From positions 2,046,001-2,110,000 of the forward strand of contig VJWM01000025.1 in NCBI GenBank assembly GCA_010909165.1: DNA of 64,000 bases, in the 5' to 3' direction. Each line of letters opens with the position of its first letter. The stretch's first letter is position 1. Positions 13,571 to 24,832 of the stretch are shown here, in pieces. Made by a program: the position numbers and the translations under genes. This DNA is from Anthoceros angustus (taxonomy: Eukaryota; Plantae; Anthocerotophyta). A model generated the notes under the pieces. The model saw only the letters and a program-made list of their open reading frames with translations, was not told the origin of the DNA and did not search any database.

Positions 13571-13623
13571 ACCCCATCCGGGTACTGATCGGCACCCTGG
13601 CCGCTTAACTGCAGAGTTTCGAT
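13571..13623 (-). promoter_or_regulatory. 5S rRNA-derived internal Pol III promoter cassette (A box, IE, C box); not a full 5S gene
   Basis: Minus strand ATCGAAACTCTGCAGTTAAGCG-N15-AGTAC-NN-GGATGGG has the same spacing as plant 5S ATCAGAACTCCGCAGTTAAGCG-N15-AGTAC-TA-GGATGGG; 5S nt 1-37 and the 3' end are absent. Confidence 0.75.
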
Positions 13624-15364
13624 ATGAAGCCCGCTACAAGCCACGCTCCCGCTTTTCCTTGCACTATGTCAAAGTTGCGATCTTCACATCGCTGGTGGCG
13701 CGCGACCTGAATTTCTTCACAAACATGGTGCAACTTGAAAGCAGCGGGTTTTCTAGCCAAGGGCACTCACAGAGTGACAGATCTCGTGAAAAATCTCAAG
13801 GCTCCCCGTCTGCGGTACAGAAAAAGTCGGCCAACCACGGCACCTGTGTATCGGACTTAGCTAGGGCTGATGGCAAGTGCAAGGAGCTTCAGTTGCTGGA
13901 AGAGGCGAGGGCTCGTGTCTTGAACTCATGCCAAGTGGAGACACGGTGGAGGAAAGGGAAGATGATAGGCCGTCGTGGAGTATAGAGAAATGTTGAGGGA
14001 ACTCAAACTCGGGGCCTATACACACCGAGCGAAGAACGAAGGACATTAAGGTGAGGATCTCGTGATAGCAATCTCCATGTCACAGGATTAGGTAATTGTG
14101 AGGCTTCATCCGCTGAAAAACATGGAGGCGATGGTGACTAACCTAACAGATGGTGCTCCCACTGCGGTGAACAAGACAACCAAGCTGAAAAAGGATCACG
14201 AGGGAGACTAGTTACATGCAAATTTGGGTCACCCACCATGTAAGCATTCAATCAGCAAGAAATACTTACTTTGAAATCTACGAGACCTAAACCCTCTACA
14301 TGTGTCCGATGTTTGTGTTTGGGCGTGGTTTAGTGAGGACATCATATTTCCGTCGGTGTGGATATAAAGCGGTGACAATTCCCTAGCCTTGACATCCCTA
14401 ACGTAGTGATGTGCAATTTCTATATGTTTCGTTCTAGCGTGAAATCTAGGGGCGATCAACAAGGCTAGGCGATTGATTATCACGGTGTAGTAGGGAGTAG
14501 GCACTCACGATTAGGAGAGGAAAGAGCGTGCCCATTAGCTTCTTTCGCGACATCGGTGAGACATTTATACGCTTCTTGCTTGAGAGGGCAATGCGCTTTG
14601 TTTCTTCTGACTCCATGTAACGTGCAGAAGATAAGAAGAAGACATATGTAGACAAGCTCTTGCGTGTGTCCCCATCGGATGCCCGGTCGGCATCAGCAAA
14701 GGCTGACAAAGTAGGTGTTTCTCCTGTTCTTTTGTAGCATAGTCCATAATTATGTGTCCCCTTTAAATAACGAAATACTCGTTTGATGGCGATCCGTGAT
14801 TACGGCCGGGCGGTAATTGAGAGGTCATGTTCACGGCATATGTGATGTCCGAGTCCATTACTTACAAACAATAAGCCGCCAATCAATGCGTGCGGTATGG
14901 GACATCTTTCATGTCGGCAATGTCAGCAATGAAGCAGGAACATCATCCTTGGTGAGCTTCACTCCACTTGCACAAGGTGTGTTAGCGGGATGTGCCTCCA
15001 TGTTAAAAGCGTTGGAGAATTTTAAAAATGTATTTACGTTGATGGATGATGATCAAACCCTGCGCATTACTCTCAATACATACCCGCATGAAATTTGCTC
15101 CCCTACATCATTTCAAATTACATTCGTAACATGTCTTGAACTCGTGCTAACAAGTGGGTATCATTTCCGGCAAATATGGCATCATCAACGTAAGCGACAA
15201 GAAGAACATAAGAGGTGCCATCATCATAGATGTAAGCAGAAGGATGGGGCTTTGTAAATCCAAGGCCCCTTAAGCGGTATCCGGCCTTGCATTCCACCGT
15301 TACGCACTTTGTTTAAGACCATAAATACACTTAATCGGTGACATACATGTCCGGATGATCGGGG

Positions 15365-17767
15365 AACACGATAATTTTTGAAGGGGGATATCACGGCCCC
15401 TTGGAGAAACGACACCCTTGTCACGAAGAACACCTTTCCTAGAGAAACGACATATGTGCCCTACTTTGATAATGCACACACCCTTTACGAGGTCATATCT
15501 TTGATAAAGATGCACTTTCAAGTCTACACCAGGCTGGAGCACAATAGGGTGTGGGCCCGTCTGCGTTTTTAGTAGAATGCATAGAGGGCTGCCATTTTCA
15601 TATGTTTATTACAAGAAAACTTTTACTTTCAAGTGGTGGAACACAATGAAAACAATCTTGTACTAGCGGAGTCTTATTTCAATGGTCGTGAGAACATTGC
15701 AACAAACAAGCCTAAAGGAAGTGAAGTGGTCATCGGCATCGACAATAGTCATTCAAGAGTGCGGCTGGCGACTCATCCATGCCTTGCGGGCGGGTCAAGT
15801 ACCACCGCCATATTCGGGAGGCGGTCCATATCCTCCGCCTCGAGTCGTTCTCCTCCATTGCTTGCTCGTCTTCAATAGTACCATTCTTGGGCCCGGTGCG
15901 GTGTCGGCGCCACCACATCTAGCATCTGCGACCCTCATCCAAAAGGTCGGTCGTGGTCTTCAACCTTGGCACTCAATGCAACCACTTGGGCTTTAAGGCA
16001 ATGCTAGCGTCCTTAAAATGAACAAAGTTAGTTGCCCATGCGCCCATGCAAGCATCCTTAAAATCAACAAAATTGAGTTGTTAGGAAGATACGGGTTTGA
16101 ACACACAACCTATTCATTACTACACTTATTTCCCAAACACTTGACCAACAATCCCAAGTTGCAACTCTTGAGGCGCTAAATATATATTTTCTTGAAGACA
16201 GCCTATGAGGAGCCCATGGGGGCGGCCAGCCCATGGGTAGCGGTGTGCTAGGGGCGCCGCCGGCCCACCGCGGGCGTGTGGCGCCGGCCGGCGCCAGGCG
16301 GGTGTTAGGGGAGCGGCCGGCCGGTGCCCATGGGCGGTGTGCTAGGGGCGCCGGCCGTGGCGCCCATGGGTGTGCTAGGGAGGCGCGGCCCGGCCGCGCC
16401 ATCGTGCTAGGGGCCGGCGGCCGGCGCCGCGCATGGCGGCGGTGGCGCGGCGGCCGGCCCCATGCTGTGCTAGGCGCCGGCCGCCCATGGGCAGTGTGCT
16501 AGGGAGGCGGCCGGCGGCCGCGCCCATCGAGCATCTTTGGGGAGGCGCCGGTCGTGGCGCCTCCCTGCCCATCCTACGGTGCATGCGGGTGAAGCTAGGG
16601 GGACAAGAAGGGCAGCGGGTATCCTATCACCGATGGAAGGTGTGGCCCATTTGCGGGAAGGGTTAAAAGATTTGCGTCCATAAGTGGTATTGAAGAGTAC
16701 AAGTGGTGGGAAGCCTTTTGGGTGGACGGAAGGAGATTGCTATCATTGTGGAGAATAACATTGGGCTAGTGCTACGCGTCCTTGGAAGTGGTTTTCACGT
16801 GTAGAAGTGGATCATCTGACTGACCACTTCAAGTGCGGATGAAGCTTTGCTAGATGAGGCATTATTGAGGACCTCCACGCGTGATATGTATGTGGGGCAT
16901 ATCAAAATGCGGGAAGGCAAGCTGCGGAAATGGCGGATGAATGGGGACATAGCATCAGGAGGGATGTTTACGCGGTGCAATCTGATGGACACGCATACTA
17001 GGCCATTACGGATTGGGAGGTCATTGGCGTGAAGCTAAGCGCACCACGACCTCACTTTCTTATCCACTTCGGACCGAGCACATAGATGCGTATGAAGGAG
17101 ATATGTGCGGGAATACATAGTCGCGGTGGTAACCCATCGGTCCAATCTTGAGGAAAAAGGGAATAAGGTCCATTACTAAAAACATCTGAGGTATTTGTGA
17201 ATGAAATACCATCCTCAGATTATGGGTTTGTGTTGAACGGAACATCTCAGATGTGGACAAAAAGCGATAAGGGATAAGCTCTGCGAGTTGCGTGGCTTCA
17301 TACAACTGCGAGTCAAAGTGCGCGAAGATAGTGATGACAATGGAGAAAATTTGGACCAAGTGATGACGATGGATTGAACTACGGGGATGAGTGGCGAAAT
17401 CTCGTTTTCGGGGTCCCGAGTTAATGTTGTAAGTCCGGTTCTTGATGTTTACGTATTAGGAAATACCACATCTGGCTTTTGTGGTGTCATAACAAAACCA
17501 CATTTCCATCCCAAAAGCGAGTTCTGATCGTCCCTGCGAGAGCGGCCTTCCTCACCGTTCCTACTTTGCATCATTCCCTAGGTTCGAGTTTGCGACCACC
17601 ATTAAACAAACATTCTTTGGATGGAAAGTAGTAACTTTCTTGGTGACACCTTTTTTTGGGCTGTTTTCGCAATGCCTTCAAAGCAGCTTTTTAGGGCCCA
17701 TCAAAACCCCTTGAGATTATTTGCGGAAAACCCCTTGATTATTAACCCCTTCAAAAATTATCGTGTT
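15365..17767. mobile_element. Unclassified TIR DNA transposon inserted in element B RT
   Basis: Perfect 22-bp TIR AACACGATAATTTTTGAAGGGG at 15365-15386 and 17746-17767; flanks GGGG/AGGG; removal rejoins RT ...QPEGYEDP-DHPD...KCIYGLKQSA. Confidence 0.8.
16205..16560. repeat. GC-rich degenerate tandem array (GCCCATGGG / TGTGCTAGGG motifs)
   Basis: Recurrent gcccatggg and tgtgctaggg motifs with ggccggc palindromes, much more GC-rich than the flanks. Confidence 0.75.
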
Positions 17768-20700
17768 AGGGTCTTCATAGCCTTCAGGCTGTTCCATATA
17801 CAATTCTTCTTGAGTATCCCATGTAAGAAGGCCGTTTTACATCCATTTCTTGCAATTCTAAATCACGCTCGCAGCCTAAAGCAAGCATGAGGCGAATTGA
17901 TTGAGGCGTACCCGAGAAAATGTCTCACGGAAATCCGACGGTATTTGTGTGAATCACGTCGCGAGCCTTGCTTTATAACGTGCTATGTTACCATCGACAT
18001 CTAACTTATGCTTGAATACCCATTTGCGAGTTATTGGTTTGCGCCCCTTAGGACGAGGAACAAGTTTCCGGTACCATTTTTCATAAGGCTTGAATTCATC
18101 ATCCACAAAGATGCCTCCACTTATCTCTATCGGGACACGAAAATGCTTCTTTGAGGTAGCGGGCTCGGAGGGATGATGGGCAAAGAGGCATTGTGAGATG
18201 GGATCGGACTCCCCGACTTGGTCAATAGATGATGTGGGGCTCTAGCCATTCGGAGGGAGGCGATGAGCACGTGTAGACCTACGTCTGAGTTCATGTAATA
18301 TCGGTGGGCTGGTAATGTCTCTTCTTCACGGAAGAATCGAAGCTTGGGAAGAAGCTGTGAGTTCGAGTTCGATTCTACGGTGTTGGATTGTGGGAGGCTC
18401 ATGATCCGAATTTTCAGCATTGTCATGCGAGTTACGCATCGGGCTCGCATCTAGTGGAGTATGTCGGTGGAGGGCGGTGGGAGATGACACCGGATCACCT
18501 CACCTCAACATCATCTGGATACTCACGGAATTTTCAGAATACAATTGGGCGAGAACCCCCAAAAGTGCACAGTAAAATAAGGAGAATCGGTGATGATGGA
18601 ACCAAATGCTCAATAAAGGTAACACTACGGGCTACCACCGCTGCATATTTTGCATATCAAGAAGCTTGTAGCCCTTAGTCACTTGTAGCCTACAAATACA
18701 AGTTGTCTCGGCGATTGTCAAGCTTACGTCTCTTCTCTGCGGCACATAAGCAAAGGCCCGAGAACCAAATATGCGAAGATGTAAAAGACTTGGCTTTCTA
18801 TTCCAAAGAGCTGAAAAGGTGTGCCACGAGGAGCGAGAGGTAAGGCGGTTCAAAATGTAGGTTCTTTGTGACAACGACCCATTAAAAGGATTGGGGTCCG
18901 GACCATAAAAGCATGGAGCGCGTCATCCCCATCAGTCGGTTTCTTCTTTCCATACCGTTACCCTGCGTGTATGGAACTATCGGTGATGAATAATGCCTTG
19001 TGTTTCGAAATGCTCAAAGGCGAGCTTGTAAATTCCCTCCGTTGTCGGTGCGGAACATCTTGATCTGACAGTTGCCTTTGAACAACCAACAGCGGTCTTG
19101 AAATATCGAAAGGTGTCACTCTTATGCTCCATAGGGTAGGTCCATGTATATCTATAGTCATCGGTGAGAGTAAAATAATATAATGCTCCACCAAGGGATT
19201 GTTCTTGAAGTCTCCCAGATGTCGCATGTACTAACTCCAGGCTAGTGGATCGAAATGCGAGAATTGTAGGAAAAGGAGTCTCCATTGTTTTGCCAAAGCA
19301 CAAACTTCGCATATGGGCGATCTTTGAAGCTGAGGAAGGGCTCTGTATGATCCTGCTTTGATAAGTCAACAAGTTTAGAACGGTTTGCATGCCCAAGGGC
19401 ATGCCAAAGTTTTGTCGAGTTGTCAAGGGACCAACTGGAATTTGCTTGTTCACGCGGATACAAGAGATATCCAGACGATACAATTACGAATCTAGACGAC
19501 TTTGAAAATACTGACGAGAAGGTGAGCTCTGACGAGCAAAGCAACATGTGGTTTCGAGGCGTAAGTATGAGGTCCTTCATCATTATCTTACTAAGTGACA
19601 TTAAATTTTTAGCCATCTTAGGAACATAAAGAACATCTGGTAGAACTAAGGCGGTATCATCATGAAGTGGGAACTTACGGATGCCTTTACCATGTATGTG
19701 CGGGCTGGGCTGGATTCATCACCTAAAACACTTTCGTTGAAAATAGTGGTAAGAGTCAAGCTAGTGAATTGAAGCTCATCACGACATATGTGGCGTGGCA
19801 CCGCTATCAAGGTACCAACTACCTCACTCGTTTGAGTGCTCGAGGCGGTAATATTTTCTAGCTGGTTTGCTTGGTGAGGTTGAAACCTTCTCTTTTGATT
19901 GTGATGTGGCGGTGGTCGAGGTGTTGCCGAGGCTCCCGGCCTTTTCTTTCTGCACTCTGGCCCGGTGCCCAGTCCCACACCAATTGCGCTTACCTTGTCT
20001 CCTTGATGCGGAAGGTTGAGCGGCATTGCGGCGGCGGTGGTTGACCTCTCCCTCGCCTCTCATGTTGAATCGACCTCCTCTTGTCAGAAAAACTTTGTCG
20101 GTTTAGAGCGGTACATGTTGTCCCCTTGATGACATTTGGCGGCTCATTTCCTCTTGATATAGAGCCCCAATAACATCGTGAGCTTGACACTCGGCCGGCT
20201 CGAATGGGACCATTTTGTGTGGTGACAAATGTCGTAAGCGGGAGGCGGTGGTGAAGGCGCTACCGCATCCACCTCTTGCATAGTTGTGCCAAGAGCAGCC
20301 ATTTGAGCACGCAAGTGCCTAAACCGACTAGTGAATCTTTTGCAGAATCTCCTTCCTTCATGCGCAAGGTATAAAATTGCTTTTGCTGCGCATAAGCTCA
20401 TCATTGTTTCAACTTTGTAAGTTCACATGGTGATCCCAAATTGCTTTTGCATTGGTAAGGAACTCAATTTCGAGGACAAGATCGGACTCAAGCCCATTGA
20501 CTAGGAGGGCTCTGATTCTGCTCAGTTATCCCATGCATCTTCTGTTTTGAGTGTAGCTCCTGCTTTGTAGGATTAGAAGGGGGGATGCAGGTTTGTCCCA
20601 TCAACTACATCCCGGACTCCACGAGCAAGTAAAGTGGATTTCATCCGACACTCCAAATATCAAAGCGCGTGCCATTAAATCTATCGTGCTCTTGAGATCG

Positions 20701-21915
20701 AGGTAAAAGTAGGGGCGACATGATGCGTGTGCGGTAGCTACGGTGCCTGAGAAAGATGGAGGCAAGCAAAGACTAACTAACAAGGCCGTAACTAATGCAG
20801 AAATGAATAGTAACCATTCAAATCTTAGTGTGTAACTATCAAGATACGAAACGTGCCTAAAAATAAATATAAACTAGGGCTAAAGGGAGGAAAGCGGTTG
20901 GGATTCAGAACATGAAGGGAAGCCGTGACATACTCAGTAACCCTAACGTCTCTTCATATCGCAATCATGGTGGAGCAATTGAGCGATAGAATCCAAAGAA
21001 CAAATCCCTAATTGCAACTCCTCTCCTTGTGCGTGAAACAAATCAGGATCGTGATAGGTGGGCAACAATGCCACAGATTTAGATTCTCCACAATGGATGG
21101 CTCTGCATCATTTTCTCAAGGGAAGGCAAATTAGAAACCCCAAGAAGAATGAGCAGTGATTGTCAATTCGTTGCAAATAACGAAAACACTTCAATTAAGT
21201 GCACGTTGCGCTTCTCTTGCTCATGCAAAGCCTCTAGAAAAATGTCATCTTGCACGCAATTGAGCCACACATTTTTCAATCCGATTACAATGAGATTCTA
21301 CAAGAGAATGGATATCCTCATGTGCGAGGATTTTACGAATCAAATCTTCTTCTATAGCATCATCAAGAAACTCCAAATTAGATCAGACCTTTTATTGTCT
21401 AAATGCTGATATTTAGATTGTGTTTTAAAATTGTCGATTCTTGGTCACTTGTTTGGAGTGACTTCCACAAGCTGAACTTCTTGATGTCTATTTAATCTTT
21501 GTTTAAAATTATGGAGCCTTCTTTGCTCTTCTGTTGCCTCTTCCGATCTGCCGGATTATTTCTCGATAATTATCGAGAAAAATGCAATCGAGGCGCTTGG
21601 GAGTGGTGGAGATTAGTGGTCCTGGGTGCCTTGAAGGAAATTCACCACGCGAGAACACACGTTCTCCACGACCACGAGGCATTGCAAGATACAAAGGATT
21701 CGAGACACCATCAAGGTGCTCGATACCATGTGGAGATACCTCATGCATCTAGCAAGAAAGGCCGACATGCGAGAGGCATGCGAGCAATGGAAATAAAAGC
21801 GATGTGTATTTAATAATGAGCAGAAAAATGTTATATACAAAAGTAGCCTAATAACCTAAATAGCATAACCTAAAAGTAAGTGGGATATTTAACCGTCGTG
21901 GTTATTAATCCAACA

Positions 21916-23524
21916 CTTTGAATCATTTTCTTCCATGTCGATGCGAGCATTAAGAGTGTCCACGCGGATAGGACATGCCAAATGGCACGGCAATGTTTGC
22001 CTCGGCGTGCATGCGTCGTCACGGTTTTCAATTCTACAATGCAATGATAACCCGTGAGAAACACTCTTGTGGCCCTATCACCAATGCGAACTCGGATAAA
22101 GCTTGTCTTACCCGGTATGGAAGGGCCTGAACAATGAGACTACGCGGTGACCGGTTGTCCTTGTCTTGTGTCGCGGCAGACGCGGACCAACATCGCCAGT
22201 CCACCATATCGCCTCGATTGCAAGCGGGGAGTCTGCGCTCGGGAGGTTGTTGAAGAAATCCGACTTTTCATGCCTCCTCGGGTGTCATGGGGCACCGGCG
22301 GTGACCCTCGGCGATCAATTTGTTCGAGCGGAGGACCATGGTGGAGGGACTCCCTAATCCGTGCAAGCCATATAGCCACGGACACCATAAACCAAAGTGA
22401 CCGAGGCTGGGTAGTACAGTGGCCGTGAGGAGTCTTTGCCACGGGGTGTCTTTGAGGATGCCCTATCGGCTTGGGTACAGCGCCAGGATGCCTGAACAAA
22501 TTGCTAATTGAGAAAGCAAAGGTCTGGTAGATATCCATGTTCGGTGCACAGTGCGGGCACAGGATTAGCAGGGGCATAAGGATGCTATTTTTCTTGTGAG
22601 ACGACCAAGGAGGGAGGTTGTGTGACCAAAAGCACCAGAAGGAGTATGAGCTAGACCGATGTCCTCCCGGATTCAATCCATCGGTGAGATGCCGAGGCGG
22701 TGATCGCTAGCGCGGCGCTGATCCGGATTACCGCCCAGCCTTTGTCACTTGAGGATCTTGGCATTTCCGTCTCGCTTCTTGCATGGAATGCCAAGACATG
22801 AGGCGTGCAAATTTGAATCATGAACAGCCGCGTTTGAGTCGCCGCTTATGGGAAGTAAAATAATGCCTTGCAGGCGATGGGGGCTGAGTGCACCAGCAGT
22901 GGCGAGCCTCACCACAAACCGGCAATCGAGTCTCATCGGCATAATCTCCCCAAAATATCTGACCAATCTTTGCGTCGATCCGTTGATGGCTGTGTCCAAC
23001 CTTGAGCATAATAGCCTTGGCTGCCTTCCTGGATGGTGGCATAGCATTAGGGGCGGGAAGGATGACCGAGCTGAGCAGGTGAAAAATTGCAGACATTCCT
23101 GCATCTGAAATTCCAAAGCGGTCTTGGATGCTCAGCAGTGCAACGACCGTGTCCAGTTTGGTTGCCTTGCTGGTTGCCTGGGCCTGCACTACCCATAGCA
23201 GGGTCTTGCCTTCAATGTCCAAAGCCTCTTTCCAACGGTCTTCTACGCCAGTCAAGAAGATGTCACGGGCATTGGGGTCTCTGCTGTAGGCGTCACTGTC
23301 TGAATGTTGGACATCGGGTGGGGCATCTGGGAGGGGCAGCAGAGGAGGGGAAGGCGGGGAGGGAGGCCGGGATGTTGAGGTCGCCGAGCCCCGGCTGTGC
23401 CAATTGCTTGGATGAAGACATCACCTGCCGTCAAACCACAACATACATGTAAGGCGGGTTGAAGCGGTGGCGGCGGCAGGCACAATAGAGCATCAACAAG
23501 ACGCGACGGGAAAAAGGGCCTCAC
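21916..23524 (-). pseudogene. CACTA TnpD transposase, N-terminal part and Tnp2 DDE core
   Basis: KLDTVVALLSIQDRFGISDAGMSAIFHLLSSVILP...CGEAR; RLGISTDGLNP; SYSFW..HNLPPW..LMPLLI..PNMDIY; MHAEANIA; DTLNARIDMEE up to the Copia B insertion. Confidence 0.85.
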
Positions 23525-24832
23525 CTAACAACCGGAAAGCATCCCCATGCCGGCCGCTTGGCGAGATGTCTGCGGATCATATCTGGGGATTCACCTTGAC
23601 GTGCAGGCAAGGCAATACATGGAATGATTTGCCGATCGCGTAAAGGGGCCGCCATTGCCGTGAACGCCTATGGTCTCCGGCCGAAATTTGAATGTGGGAG
23701 ACGAGGTCTTGGTCAATCCGAGACGGCTAGGGTTGGGACACCAGCGGCCGTGCCGTTGGTTAGTGACGTGCCGGACTCCACCGTTGAAAATAGCCCAAAC
23801 GACACGTCACACTTTTGGGAGTCGTACATTTGGGCCGTGTGACCGGGTGGCTTTAAAGTCGAACCCGTCGGCGCTTACATTGCCGTGCGCCAACCAGAGC
23901 GGTGTGACGCGCGGGCTACACCCTTCTCTACCATTTGTAAAGTCCTGTAAACTATCCCGTGGCGCCACGCAAAGCCGGGGGGCCGGGCGGGATGTCGGTA
24001 TGACGTGAGGGTGGCGTCTTTCATGCTTGCCAAGTTCCGTTAACGGGACGCCCTTCACCCGAGGTTCGCAATCATGCGCGTCATTAGGTTGGCGAAGTGT
24101 CATATGTGTAAGACGCACAAAAGATGTAGACCCGGACCGTCCTTAAGTCCTCGTCTTAATACATTCAACATTGTTGTAGTGTGTGATGTATCTCCAGATC
24201 CATGGTAGCTGCTATTGCTAAGAGTATACGAATGGATGTTATCTTAGCAACAGGGGAGAAAGTGTCGGTGTAGTCAATACCTGGCACTTGTGTATATCAC
24301 TTCCCCACCAGTCTTGCTTTGTATCGCTCTATGCTCCCATCAGCGTTGTGCTTGATCTTGAACACCCATTTGGATCCTATGCACTTCCTTCCTTGGGGTA
24401 GAGGAGTGATTTCCCAAGTCTTGTTCTTGATAAGTGAGTTATACTCACTATCGACTTCTTTCCACTCCTTAGCCTTTGGCCCTTCAAGGCTTCCTTCAAG
24501 CTTTGCGGCTCATCATCGCCAACATAGCCTCTTACTTGCATGCATTCATGGACTCCAAAATTTTCTGCGAAGGTTTCCATCGCCTTGATGATCTCACGAT
24601 GCGGGTGACTCCTCTTGGATTCTTGATCTCGCTCCTCTTCATCATCCTCGATAGGCTTCTCCACCTTCTATATCACCTTGTGGTAGAGGTTGCTCATGCT
24701 CGAGAAGGTTGAGCATGCTCAGAGTAGGTTGCTCAAGAACCAAGTCTTGTGCTTCTTCACGCTCCTTCAACTCCTTGATGACAACTTGCGTTGCTCCTCC
24801 TTTGTTAGGTTCCACAACCTCATGAAAAACAA

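Larger units (their letters stand above)
14230..21915 (-). mobile_element. Ty1/Copia element B inserted in CACTA TnpD; 3' LTR not found
   Basis: 5' LTR 21729-21915 (TGTGGA...TCCAACA on + strand); PBS-like 21718-21728; gag about 20150-20650; PR/GAG-pre/INT 18630-20000; RT 14800-15364 and 17768-18130; RNase H FHARTKHIEIAHHYVRD at 14290-14700. Confidence 0.82.
8418..24181 (-). mobile_element. CACTA (En/Spm) DNA transposon inserted in element A RT
   Basis: 14-bp perfect TIR CACTACAACAATGT / ACATTGTTGTAGTG, extendable imperfectly to 29 bp; TSD TGT at 8415-8417 and 24182-24184. Removing it restores ...[23 protein letters not shown]. Confidence 0.93.

Noticed and set aside
13571-13623. Functional 5S rRNA gene
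   Set aside because: Only the internal promoter segment matches; the 5' and 3' stems are missing.
15300-15542. ORF starting MLQPGVD as continuous Copia RT
   Set aside because: Most of it lies inside the TIR element; the true RT N-terminus is at 17768-18130.
16064-16666. Pro/Arg/Gly-rich ORFs on both strands
   Set aside because: By-products of the GC-rich repeat array, which lacks stop codons.
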